In this document: one piece after another, positions 22,400 to 31,371 of the stretch
Layout of the letters: every line of letters begins with the position of its first letter
Numbering within the stretch: the stretch's first letter is position 1
Translations under genes and position numbers: made by a program
Source: a bacterium
GTDB taxonomy: Bacteria; Patescibacteriota; Patescibacteriia; SG8-24
Reading direction: 5' to 3'
DNA length: 64,000 bases
NCBI GenBank assembly: GCA_043825985.1
Contig: JBDRRB010000062.1
Coordinates: forward strand, 1,245 to 65,244
Notes under the pieces: generated by a model
What the model saw: only the letters and a program-made list of their open reading frames with translations
Told to the model about the DNA's origin: nothing
Database searches by the model: none

Positions 22400-22672
22400 T
22401 CAGGCCAATTCCTTCTTCAGTTCCTCGATCCTGGCCCGCAGCACGCCCTCCATGTCCTTTATTCCCAGATGGCCGGCGGTGATCAGGCACCCGATGACCG
22501 TATTCGCCGCCCGGCGCTCGATGTCCTCCCGGTCCCGGCCCTGCCTGACCACCGACCACAGCTTCGTCACTGACTCGTGAATCCCGAGCAGGTCCTCGTC
22601 CTTGCTGTTCCGGTCGCACCGACAGTCGATGAGGCACGCCTCCTTAAGGATCTCATTGATGGAATTGTCCAT
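22400..22672 (-). CDS. Hypothetical helical protein, possibly a degenerate MazG-like fold, downstream of lexA
   Basis: 90 aa, 12 bp after the lexA stop, coding-like codon use. Confidence 0.65.
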   Translation of the reverse strand: MDNSINEILKEACLIDCRCDRNSKDEDLLGIHESVTKLWSVVRQGRDREDIERRAANTVIGCLITAGHLGIKDMEGVLRARIEELKKELA

Positions 22673-22684
22673 AAGACGACCCGA

Positions 22685-23308
22685 CTATCTCGCCGACCGG
22701 GCGAAGTTTCTTATCACTGCCCTGACCACCCCCTGAACCTGGAGCTCCTGAACGTAGAACGGCTTCATCTCGCTGTTGGCCGGCTGGAGCCTGATCCGGC
22801 CCTTTTCCCGATACATTCGCTTGAGGGTGGCGTACTCGTTTTCCAGAAGCGCCACCACGACTTCGCCGTCCCGCGGCGATGGGTTCCGCTCGACGACCAC
22901 TAGGTCCCCGGACAGGATCCCGTCGTCGCGCATCGACTCCCCCCTGACCCTCAGGACATATGTCTCCTCCGGCTTCCTGACCAGATCTGCCGGAACGTCG
23001 GTCGTTTCCGTTCCCTCGATGGCCTCGATCGGCTCGCCGGCGGTGATGATGCCCATGAGCGGCAACGTCAGCGCCGCCGCAGCCCGAGACAGGGCCGGAT
23101 CGACCTCCAAAGTCCGCGCTGTCCCCTCTCCCACCGAGAGACAGCCCTTCTGTTCCAGGTTCTTGACGTGCTCGTGGACCGTAGCGGTCGAAGAAAGGCC
23201 GAGCGCCTCACCTATCTCGCGGTAGGATGGGGCGTAGCCGTTCTCTCGGATGTATCCGGACACGAACTCCAGAACCTGATGCTGCTTTTTGGTAAGTTTT
23301 CCTTTCAT
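22685..23308 (-). CDS. lexA: SOS repressor LexA
   Basis: wHTH GYAPSYREIG, TAG cleavage site, GESM catalytic Ser, TLKR catalytic Lys. Confidence 0.96.
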   Translation of the reverse strand: MKGKLTKKQHQVLEFVSGYIRENGYAPSYREIGEALGLSSTATVHEHVKNLEQKGCLSVGEGTARTLEVDPALSRAAAALTLPLMGIITAGEPIEAIEGTETTDVPADLVRKPEETYVLRVRGESMRDDGILSGDLVVVERNPSPRDGEVVVALLENEYATLKRMYREKGRIRLQPANSEMKPFYVQELQVQGVVRAVIRNFARSAR

Positions 23309-23349
23309 GGTCTTGGGAATCTATCCACAATCTTTTCGACCTCGACTGA

Positions 23350-23378
23350 ATCATACCCGAACAAAAACCGAACGTCAA
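23350..23378 (-). promoter_or_regulatory. lexA promoter with a direct-repeat LexA box (GTTC-N7-GTTC) in the spacer
   Basis: Minus strand TTGACG-TTCGGTTTTTGTTCGGG(17)-TATGAT; CCGAAC repeated at 23357-23362 and 23368-23373. Confidence 0.8.
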
Positions 23379-23445
23379 AATCGACCCTGTGAACAACTGC
23401 CAAAGAGATCGTATTTTTGCCTCGTACGTGGTATAAACATCCCAT

Positions 23446-24246
23446 ATGGCACTAGTATTCAGCGGCATCGCCGCCCACACCCCGATCCTGATGCCGAAGA
23501 TCGGCCGGGAGGAGGGACTAAAGCTGATCGAGAAGACCTCCCAGGCCATGTCGCGCCTGGAGCAGGAGCTGCTGGCCGCCCGGCCGGAGATCATCCTGAT
23601 CATCTCCCCCCACGGCGAGATGCTGCCCGACGCCGTCACCATCAACATCAGCTCGAAGTACGTCAGCCACTTCGACGAGTTCGGCGACCTGGTGACCAAG
23701 AACGAGTGGAAGCCGGCCACCATGCTGATCGACCGGATCCGCGAGGACTTCAAGCACCAGCACCTGCCGCTCACCCTGGCGAGCGACGAGCAGCTGGACT
23801 ACGGCACCTCGGTCCCCCTCCATCACCTGACCAAGAACCTAAAAGAGATCCGCGTCGTCCCGTTCCGTCCGGCCACCACCCTGACCATGAAGCAGCACTT
23901 CGAGATCGGCGAGGCGCTCAAGACGGAGATCCTCGACTCGACCTCCCGGATCGCGGTCATCGCCTCGGCTGACCTGTCGCATCGGGTCGGCGAGAACTCC
24001 CCGTCCGGCCTGTCGACCAAGGGCGTGGCCTTCGACGACCGCATCCAGGAGCTGCTCAAGGAACGGAACCCGATCGGCCTGCTCGACATCGACGACGACT
24101 GGACCGCCGAGGCCCAGGCCTGCGGTGCCGGTCCGCTGGCCCTGCTCTTCGGCCTGATCGACCGGATGAGCATCGATCCGGAAATAATCTCCTACGAGAA
24201 GCCGTTGGGCGTCGGCTACCTGATCGCCGCCATCCGGGTCTCCTAG
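23446..24246 (+). CDS. LigB/Memo-family protein (AmmeMemoRadiSam protein B-like)
   Basis: AAHTP, IISPHG, DYGTSVPL, IASADLSH, ACG, GVGY. Confidence 0.85.
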   Translation: MALVFSGIAAHTPILMPKIGREEGLKLIEKTSQAMSRLEQELLAARPEIILIISPHGEMLPDAVTINISSKYVSHFDEFGDLVTKNEWKPATMLIDRIREDFKHQHLPLTLASDEQLDYGTSVPLHHLTKNLKEIRVVPFRPATTLTMKQHFEIGEALKTEILDSTSRIAVIASADLSHRVGENSPSGLSTKGVAFDDRIQELLKERNPIGLLDIDDDWTAEAQACGAGPLALLFGLIDRMSIDPEIISYEKPLGVGYLIAAIRVS

Positions 24247-24261
24247 GCCAAGCGACCGCCC

Positions 24262-26142
24262 ATGTACGCCCAGGTGATCCCGTCCGTCCGGCTGCCGAAA
24301 AACCTCGGATCATACGACTACGCGGTACCGGAAAGGTACCGCGGTTTGGTTCGCCGCGGCTCTTGGGTGATCGTCCCCTGGCGCGGCCGGCCGACCGGCG
24401 GACTGGTGGTCGGGACGTCGGAGACCCCGTCGGTCGACGCCAAGCGCGTCGTCGAGCTGCTGGGATTCGGCGACCTGCACCCGCTGGCCGACGACCTGCT
24501 GGCCCTGCCGGACCTGATGGCCGAACGCTATCTGACGTCCCCGGCCACCGCCCTCCAGGCCTTCCTGCCCCGGACCCCCAAAACGAAGGTGATCACCGAG
24601 CCGGCCGACCCCGAAACCGACCGTCCGCCGCGGCCGACGGTGCCCCAGCCCGACCGACTGCTGATCCGCTACTCCAGTCCGGAGGAGAAGCTGGCCGAGA
24701 CGGTCCGGCTGGTCCGCCGGACGGCCTCCGCCGGGATGAGCGCGGTCGTGGTCACGCCGCACAGCTCGGAAGTTCCCTGGCTGGCCGCCGCCCTGTTCTC
24801 CGACGACGGGCCGCCAGTCGTCGAGCTGCACGGGGGCCTGTCCGCAGCCAAGCTCCGGTCAACCTGGAGGCGGCTGCTGGCCGAACCCCAGGCTGTAGTG
24901 GTCGGCACCCGCCTCGCCGCCCTGGCCCCGGCCAACTCGCCCGGACTGTTCCTGGCCCTGGAGTCGGACAGTCCCGACCTGCGGCAGTACGACCAGAACC
25001 CGCGCTACGACGCCCGCGACGTCCTGGCCTGGCGCGCCGACCGGGCGAACGCCGGCCTGGCCTTCCTTTCCCATGCCCCGCGGCTCGAGGAGTACTCCGC
25101 CGCCGCCCAAGGCCGCCTGACCAGGATCGCCACCTCGGACCGCAATCCCGAGTCCGTCCTGATCGACGTGGCCGGCAACCCCCGGGGCGAACGGTATCCC
25201 CTCTCCCCGACGGCCATGGACCGCCTGGCCGAGTCTTTACGCCAGGGCAAAAAGGTGCTAGTTTACCATAACCGCCTAGGAACGGCCGGAGCGCTGGTCT
25301 GCGGCGACTGCCGGCACGTTTTCCGCTGCGGACGCTGCCTGATCGCCCTGGGAGTCCACGGCCGCGAGCTGCGCTGCCTGCGCTGCTCGGCTTCCCTCCC
25401 CCAGCCCCTGAACTGCCCCCAGTGCGGCGGCAGCGGGCTGCGACAGGTGGGCCTGGGCACCAAGTCGCTGGGCGAGGCGCTGCAGCGGGAACTCCCCGAC
25501 TGCCGCGTGATGGCCTACGACTCCGACCTGCCCGCCGACCGGCGCGAGGCCGCCGTCGCCTCGGCCGACGTGCTCATCGCCACCCGGCTGCTGCTCCATG
25601 ACCTGGCCGAGCTCCCCTCGACCGCCCGCTGGGGCTGCGTGGTGGTCTCGGACCTGGACGGCCTGCTCTCGTTCCCCGGTTTCCGGGTGACCGAGGAGGC
25701 CTGGCGCACGGTCCGCACGCTCAAGGACGTCGCCGCCTCGTCGTCGGCCACGCTCTGCCTGCAGACCTGCGACCCGGACAGCCCCAAGATCAAGCGCCTG
25801 CTCCAGGACGAGGACGGCTTCGTCGGCCCGGAGCTGGAGGAGCGCCGGACGTTCTCCTACCCGCCGTTCGGCACGCTGCTCACGGTGACGGTCAGGGATC
25901 CCGACCGGACCCGAGCCGAGACGCTGGCCACGGAGCTGCGCGACGCGGTCCGGCAGGCGCTCGGCCCGTCCGACGGATCGGTGGCCGGCCCGATGCCGCA
26001 CCGCCGCCCGTTCCGCGACGGATCCTGGCGCAGCATGATCGTGATCAAGACCGGCGAACGGCTCCCCCCGCCGCTGCAGCGGCTTCTCGGCGGACTGCCG
26101 GACAGCCACATCGTCGACCGCAACCCGGAGACCGCCGGCTGA
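24262..26142 (+). CDS. priA: Primosomal protein N' (divergent PriA)
   Basis: N-terminal YDY..VPW.GR, PRYDARD, four CxxC pairs, G.GT, R....YPPF. Confidence 0.85.
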   Translation: MYAQVIPSVRLPKNLGSYDYAVPERYRGLVRRGSWVIVPWRGRPTGGLVVGTSETPSVDAKRVVELLGFGDLHPLADDLLALPDLMAERYLTSPATALQAFLPRTPKTKVITEPADPETDRPPRPTVPQPDRLLIRYSSPEEKLAETVRLVRRTASAGMSAVVVTPHSSEVPWLAAALFSDDGPPVVELHGGLSAAKLRSTWRRLLAEPQAVVVGTRLAALAPANSPGLFLALESDSPDLRQYDQNPRYDARDVLAWRADRANAGLAFLSHAPRLEEYSAAAQGRLTRIATSDRNPESVLIDVAGNPRGERYPLSPTAMDRLAESLRQGKKVLVYHNRLGTAGALVCGDCRHVFRCGRCLIALGVHGRELRCLRCSASLPQPLNCPQCGGSGLRQVGLGTKSLGEALQRELPDCRVMAYDSDLPADRREAAVASADVLIATRLLLHDLAELPSTARWGCVVVSDLDGLLSFPGFRVTEEAWRTVRTLKDVAASSSATLCLQTCDPDSPKIKRLLQDEDGFVGPELEERRTFSYPPFGTLLTVTVRDPDRTRAETLATELRDAVRQALGPSDGSVAGPMPHRRPFRDGSWRSMIVIKTGERLPPPLQRLLGGLPDSHIVDRNPETAG

Positions 26143-26180
26143 CCGGCCCGCGGACTGCCCAGACACTTACCAGACATGAT

Positions 26181-26654
26181 ATGCCCACCAGAAAGATAGT
26201 GACCGTCGGCGACCCGGTGCTCAGGACCCGGGCGCAGGAAGTCGATCCGGCCGAGCTCCGGACCGAAAGCTTCAGGCAGCTCGTCTCCGACATGGTCGAG
26301 ACCATGAGGCTGGCCCCGGGAGTCGGACTGGCCGCGCCGCAGGTCGGCATTAGCAAGCGGGTCTTCGTCGCCGACACGCCGGACGGGGCGATCGCCCTCG
26401 TCAACCCGCGCTTCACCCGCATGTCCAGGAAGACCGTCGGCTACGAGGAGGGCTGCCTGTCGGTCCCGGGCCAGTACGACACCGTCCGCCGGTCCAGGGA
26501 GGTCGACGTCGAGGCCCTGACCGCCTCCGGCGAGCCGATCAGATTCACGGCCAAGGGCTTCTTCGCCCGGGTGATGCAGCACGAGATGGACCACCTGGAC
26601 GGGATCCTGTTCCTGGACCGCATTGCCGAGCAGCGCCACGAGGGAAAGAAGTAA
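26181..26654 (+). CDS. def: Peptide deformylase
   Basis: GVGLAAPQVG, EGCLS, QHEMDHLDG. Confidence 0.97.
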   Translation: MPTRKIVTVGDPVLRTRAQEVDPAELRTESFRQLVSDMVETMRLAPGVGLAAPQVGISKRVFVADTPDGAIALVNPRFTRMSRKTVGYEEGCLSVPGQYDTVRRSREVDVEALTASGEPIRFTAKGFFARVMQHEMDHLDGILFLDRIAEQRHEGKK

Positions 26655-26670
26655 GGTGATCAACCGAGAA

Positions 26671-26869
26671 ACCTCCATGCCATTCCCGCTCCGATGCTTA
26701 TCGGAACAGGCTAGGACGGAAATCCACGATCTCTAGACCTCCATGCCATTCCCGTTCCGATGCTTATCGGAGCAGGCTCCGACGGGATACGTCGTTCGCG
26801 AATGATGTATCGGGAATCCACGATTTCTAGACATCTATGTCATTCCCGCGAAGGCGGGAATCCACGATC
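26671..26869. repeat. Three tandem dRS3/RPE-like palindromic units with variable nested inserts
   Basis: Shared arms ATG(C/T)CATTCCCG ... CGG(G/A)AATCCACGAT; TCTAGAC joins the units. Confidence 0.85.
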
Positions 26870-26926
26870 TTCAGGCCGTTACTCGCTATGGCGATGGCGC
26901 AGATAAATCAAAAGTAATTCACCAAC

Positions 26927-27877
26927 GTGAACCACCTAACCCGCATCATCTACTTCGGCACCGCCGAATTCGCCGTCCCCGCGCTCCGGGCTCTTTTGGA
27001 ACGGCCGGAATCATATGAAGTAGCGGCGGTGGTCTCCCAACCCGACCGCCCGGCCGGACGGCGCGGTGAGCTGAAGCCATCGCCGGTCGCCGCCCTGGCC
27101 CGTTCGGCCGACCTGAAGCTGCTCCAGCCGGAGAAGCTCGACCAGGCGGCGATCGACGTCTTGCGTGACCTGTCGGCCGACCTCTTTATCGTCGCCGCCT
27201 ACGGCCAGATCCTGCCCCAGACGGTGCTCGACCTCCCCCCGCACGGCACGCTCAACCTGCACGGATCGCTCCTGCCCAAGTACCGCGGCGCCTCGCCGAT
27301 CCAGACGGCCATCCGTGACGGCGAGCCGGAAACCGGCGTGACGCTCATGCTGATGGACCGCAAGATGGACCACGGCCCACTTCTGGCTTCGGCGATCGAG
27401 ACCATCCGACCGGACGACGACTACCTGGGACTGTCGGAACGACTGGCGGACGATGCGGCCGATTTGCTTATACAAAACCTCCCCGGCTACCTGGCCGGCG
27501 AACTGAAGCCGAACGAGCAGGACCATGAGGCCGCTACTTTCACCAAAATACTGAAGAAGGAGGATGGCCGGATCGACTGGACTGCGGATTCCGCCGTCGA
27601 GGTCGAACGCCGGGTGCGAGCCTACCGTCCCTGGCCGGGCACGTTCTTCGACTGGACTGACAGAAAAGGACAGACACTAACGGTCAAGCTGCTGCGGGCC
27701 GAGCTAGCGAACGCTGAAGATTCTTCAGGAAAGATCGGCGAGCTACGGACCGGCAGCCGGGGCTCCCCCCTAGTTACTTGTGCCGACGGCCGGACTCTAC
27801 GCCTGCTCGAGGTCCAGCCGGCCGGCAAAAAACCGCTTGCTGGCCCGGACTTCTCCCGCGGGTTTCTAAAGAGCTGA
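26927..27877 (+). CDS. fmt: Methionyl-tRNA formyltransferase
   Basis: FGTAEFA, SQPDRPAGR, NLHGSLLPKYRGASP. Confidence 0.96.
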   Translation: MNHLTRIIYFGTAEFAVPALRALLERPESYEVAAVVSQPDRPAGRRGELKPSPVAALARSADLKLLQPEKLDQAAIDVLRDLSADLFIVAAYGQILPQTVLDLPPHGTLNLHGSLLPKYRGASPIQTAIRDGEPETGVTLMLMDRKMDHGPLLASAIETIRPDDDYLGLSERLADDAADLLIQNLPGYLAGELKPNEQDHEAATFTKILKKEDGRIDWTADSAVEVERRVRAYRPWPGTFFDWTDRKGQTLTVKLLRAELANAEDSSGKIGELRTGSRGSPLVTCADGRTLRLLEVQPAGKKPLAGPDFSRGFLKS

Positions 27878-27911
27878 TATGTCATTCCCGCGAAGGCGGG
27901 AATCCACGATC
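27878..27911. repeat. Palindromic repeat identical to 26836-26869
   Basis: TATGTCATTCCCGCGAAGGCGGGAATCCACGATC (34 bp). Confidence 0.9.
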
Positions 27912-27940
27912 CTGATCACGACCAGATAAACCACCAAAAC

Positions 27941-27972
27941 AAAAAACCTCGCCCGACACGGTGAGGTTTTTT
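27941..27972. terminator. Bidirectional intrinsic terminator
   Basis: AAAAAACCTCGC / GTGAGGTTTTTT between convergent genes. Confidence 0.8.
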
Positions 27973-27974
27973 AT

Positions 27975-28955
27975 TTAAATCTCAAACTCTCTATCAATCC
28001 CCTCTAAGTGTTGTTCTAATTCATCCAATCCAGCGATGAGAGCATCAATAAAGATCTCGATTTCGTAATTCTCGAAATTACCATTAATCTTAAAAGCCTT
28101 AATCTTTTTAAAGATAAAATCTAATTTACCAATCACTTCTCTTGTGCCTGGAATACTAGCAGTTTCGGAAAGTTTACCGTAACGATCTTCCAACTCACTT
28201 TTTATACGCTCATACAACTCACAATGATAGTCAAAGGTCGGCCATGCCAAATGATTGTCCCACTGGATACCGTACATGCGACGCCTTTCATACAAAGTGG
28301 GTTTGTCAAAAAAACCAGCTAATTTATTTTCTTTAAACTTTATTTTATGTTCTAGTTCTCTTTTTCGAATCTCTTCTGCGATCTTTTCTAATTCTATCTT
28401 TAGACACATGTCCTGCTCGCAAATAATGTCAGTGAACATTATTTGTTTCCTCCCTGTTTCAGAGTGGCCCCACAAAAGATACTCGAACCCATCTTTGCTC
28501 AAAGTCGAACGATCAATGGTGCAATAGGTTATTTCATCATTCTCAAATAAAGATTTTTTTCCTTTGTTTTTAGTTTTAGTGGGATGTCCAATTGTTTCGT
28601 TTCTAATTTGTCTAATTTTAGACAAACCGGGGTATTCTTCTTTCCATTTAATTTCTTCTTCCTCTCCAAACAAAGATTGTTTCAAAAAGTTCACAGCATC
28701 TTGTTGGATAAAAAGAGCCTGCAAAAGACCGTAAGTTTGCAAATATGGATTCTCAAAAAAAGAATTATTTCGGTCCTCTTGGAATGTTTCGATGGCAAAG
28801 CAAGTATCTGCAATTGTATCTAAGGCCACACAAAATTGATCCCAATCTCCTTTCTGTTTTATTAAAAACACTTCATTCTTTGTCACCACGGACTCATTAA
28901 AAAGATCTCTTATTTGACGATTAGTTTCCGCAATTTTCATTTTCTCTCCAACCAT
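27975..28955 (-). CDS. AT-rich hypothetical protein with a HEPN-like RNxxxxH motif
   Basis: 326-aa ORF, sharply lower GC than flanks; IRNETIGH. Confidence 0.7.
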   Translation of the reverse strand: MVGEKMKIAETNRQIRDLFNESVVTKNEVFLIKQKGDWDQFCVALDTIADTCFAIETFQEDRNNSFFENPYLQTYGLLQALFIQQDAVNFLKQSLFGEEEEIKWKEEYPGLSKIRQIRNETIGHPTKTKNKGKKSLFENDEITYCTIDRSTLSKDGFEYLLWGHSETGRKQIMFTDIICEQDMCLKIELEKIAEEIRKRELEHKIKFKENKLAGFFDKPTLYERRRMYGIQWDNHLAWPTFDYHCELYERIKSELEDRYGKLSETASIPGTREVIGKLDFIFKKIKAFKINGNFENYEIEIFIDALIAGLDELEQHLEGIDREFEI

Positions 28956-28964
28956 ATCTAATAA

Positions 28965-31370
28965 TCATTCTTTCCGCTTCATCGACACTCCCCACGCCGC
29001 CAGGACCATCAGCAGGCCGAGGCCCAGCGGGTGGTTCAGGTAGGGACTGAAGACGTGTGTGGCGAGCAAGGCGGCCAAGCCGGACAGGACACCAATGACA
29101 ACCAGCCGCTCCCGTCCACCGAATCGCCGTAGAGCCAGCAGGAACGGCCGCACAATCGCCGCGATCAGCCAGGCATAGACGGCCAGCCCCAACAGCCCCA
29201 GCTTGATCCAGAGGTCATGGTAGCCCCACTCGAAGGCGTAGGTGGTGTAACGTCCGGTCGGATTGTCCACGAGCAGCCGCGGGTCGCTGGTGGTGTAGGT
29301 CACCTCGGTCCCCAAGCCGGAACCAAGCAGCGGATGCCGCAGGCCGGCCCGCCACAGTTCGGGCAGCAAGGACCAGCGGCTGTTGGCGGCCGCCTCCCCG
29401 GAGATGGAGAACGCCCGACCGCTCAGGAGCGAAGCGAACGACATGTCACCGGTGCCGGACGGATAGGGCACCGTATATACCGCGGCCATGATCAGTACGG
29501 CCAGCAAAACGGCCAAGGGCGGCACGGCCAGCAACCGTTTCCACAGACCTCGCCCCGCCCCGGTCCGCACCAACAGGACGACCAGCACGATCACCCCAAT
29601 CAAACCTCCGAACCAAAAGCTGCGCGACAGCCCGAGCAGCAGACCGACTCCACCCCAGACCAGCAGACCAAACGGAAACCAAAACGTCCGCCCTTTCAGC
29701 AGACGCGGGGCAGCTGCCGTCAGTAACCACAATCCGCCTACAGCAACCAGCACGAACAAATGCGACTGAAAGAAAACTCGGTGGAAGTCAGCCGTGACTA
29801 AAGTCACCTCCCCGACTCGAGTGTCGCGCACCCACAGGTACATGTTGGAGGCGACATCGTAGAGCCGGTGCGAAAAGAAATACAGCACGGCCAGAGACTT
29901 GAGCACGGAAACCGAAACGGCCGCCGCCAGGAGCGTCCAAAGTGGGCCCAACTTACCTCGCAGATCCCGCCAGCCTTCCAGCACGGCCGGAAAAAGCGCC
30001 AAAAAGGCGTAGCCATTGGCGTCGAAGAAGACGTTACCGAAACCGTTTCCCGCCAGCAGCCCACGCAGCGACGCTAAAGCCAGCACAGCCAAGAGCGCCA
30101 AATACGGCCAGAGGAGGCGTCCCCACCGCAGGTCGTTAAACCACTCCAGCGAAGGAACCTGTCGTCCTTCCCTAATCCGTCGCCCTAACCAAATCAGTGT
30201 CCGTGCTGCCCAGACCCCAAAGACGACCAGAAACAAACCCATGCGCAGCGACAGCACCGCTCCCTGCACGTTGGCCGGACCGACAGCGAACCCGTAGCCG
30301 CCCTGCGACCCCATGACCAGCTCGACTAGTATGGCCAGCAGTCCGTAGCCCGGCCGTCGCCAAGTCAACAGTACGACCGCCAACATTAGTCCGGCAAAAA
30401 TGACCTGATTGACCGCCGGCAGGTTGTAGCCGATCCAGGACAGCAGCTCCAGGGAAAGCAGACCAACCACAGCAAAAGCGAACGTCCAGCCCGGCGCGCG
30501 TAGGCGAGACAGCGACGACCGCCAGCCGACCACGCCCTGCAGCGCCCAGGCCAGCAGCATCGAGACCGGATGCAGCAGCGCCAGCACCAGCCAGTCCAGC
30601 CGCCCGCCGTGCTTGCGCAGATAAGTTCGCGCACTGGCGTTCCAGAAACGCTGCTTGGTCAAGCCGAACTGCTGGGCGAAGCTCTCTCCCCCGTGATGGA
30701 TCACCTCCACCTCCGGCGTATAGCCCACCCGCCAGCCGGCCTGCTGCACCCGCCGGCAGTAGTCCACCTCCTCGAACCAGATGAAGTAGTCCTCGTCGAG
30801 CGGCCCGATCTTGTCCAGCACCTCCCGCCGGATCAGGAAGACCGCCCCCATGACCTGGTCCACGTCCGCCGCCTTGGCGTAGTCGAAGCCGTCGCACATG
30901 TACTGCCGCATCGGCCCGAAGCGCGGCAGCAGCCGGTGCAGCTTGAGCGCGACCAGCACCTGGTTCGACAGCCGCGGAAAGCCGCGCACCGACTCCTGGT
31001 GCGTGCCGTCGGCGTTCAGCAGGTGCGGCCCGAGCACACCCAGCCCCTCATCGCCCCGCATGATCTCGACCAGCCTAGAGAGCGCGTTGTCCTTCAGCTC
31101 GGTGTCCGGATTCAGGAGCAGCACGAACTTGCCCTTGGCGACCGCGATGCCGGGATTGTTGCCGGCGGCGAAACCCACGTTGCCGGGGTTCTCGATCAGC
31201 CGCACCTGCGGGAACTCCTGACGGACCATCTCCACGCTGCCGTCGCCCGAGTCGTTGTCGGTCACGATCACCTCGAACTCCAGCCCGGACGTGTGCTCGA
31301 AGACCGACCGCAGGCACTTGCGCAGCAGGTCCTTCACCTTCCAGTTGAGAATGACGATGCTCAGGTCCAT
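28965..31370 (-). CDS. GT2 (WbbL-like) glycosyltransferase fused to an O-antigen ligase/polymerase-like membrane domain
   Basis: N-terminal GT2 (DNDSGDGS, LLNPDTE, FEEVD); C-terminal polytopic domain with SRSFW, PLLGSGLG, GLLGL. Confidence 0.85.
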   Translation of the reverse strand: MDLSIVILNWKVKDLLRKCLRSVFEHTSGLEFEVIVTDNDSGDGSVEMVRQEFPQVRLIENPGNVGFAAGNNPGIAVAKGKFVLLLNPDTELKDNALSRLVEIMRGDEGLGVLGPHLLNADGTHQESVRGFPRLSNQVLVALKLHRLLPRFGPMRQYMCDGFDYAKAADVDQVMGAVFLIRREVLDKIGPLDEDYFIWFEEVDYCRRVQQAGWRVGYTPEVEVIHHGGESFAQQFGLTKQRFWNASARTYLRKHGGRLDWLVLALLHPVSMLLAWALQGVVGWRSSLSRLRAPGWTFAFAVVGLLSLELLSWIGYNLPAVNQVIFAGLMLAVVLLTWRRPGYGLLAILVELVMGSQGGYGFAVGPANVQGAVLSLRMGLFLVVFGVWAARTLIWLGRRIREGRQVPSLEWFNDLRWGRLLWPYLALLAVLALASLRGLLAGNGFGNVFFDANGYAFLALFPAVLEGWRDLRGKLGPLWTLLAAAVSVSVLKSLAVLYFFSHRLYDVASNMYLWVRDTRVGEVTLVTADFHRVFFQSHLFVLVAVGGLWLLTAAAPRLLKGRTFWFPFGLLVWGGVGLLLGLSRSFWFGGLIGVIVLVVLLVRTGAGRGLWKRLLAVPPLAVLLAVLIMAAVYTVPYPSGTGDMSFASLLSGRAFSISGEAAANSRWSLLPELWRAGLRHPLLGSGLGTEVTYTTSDPRLLVDNPTGRYTTYAFEWGYHDLWIKLGLLGLAVYAWLIAAIVRPFLLALRRFGGRERLVVIGVLSGLAALLATHVFSPYLNHPLGLGLLMVLAAWGVSMKRKE

Positions 31371-31371
31371 A

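Noticed and set aside
26671-26869. Possible CRISPR array
   Set aside because: Only three units, unequal lengths, palindromic and related inserts, no cas genes in the window
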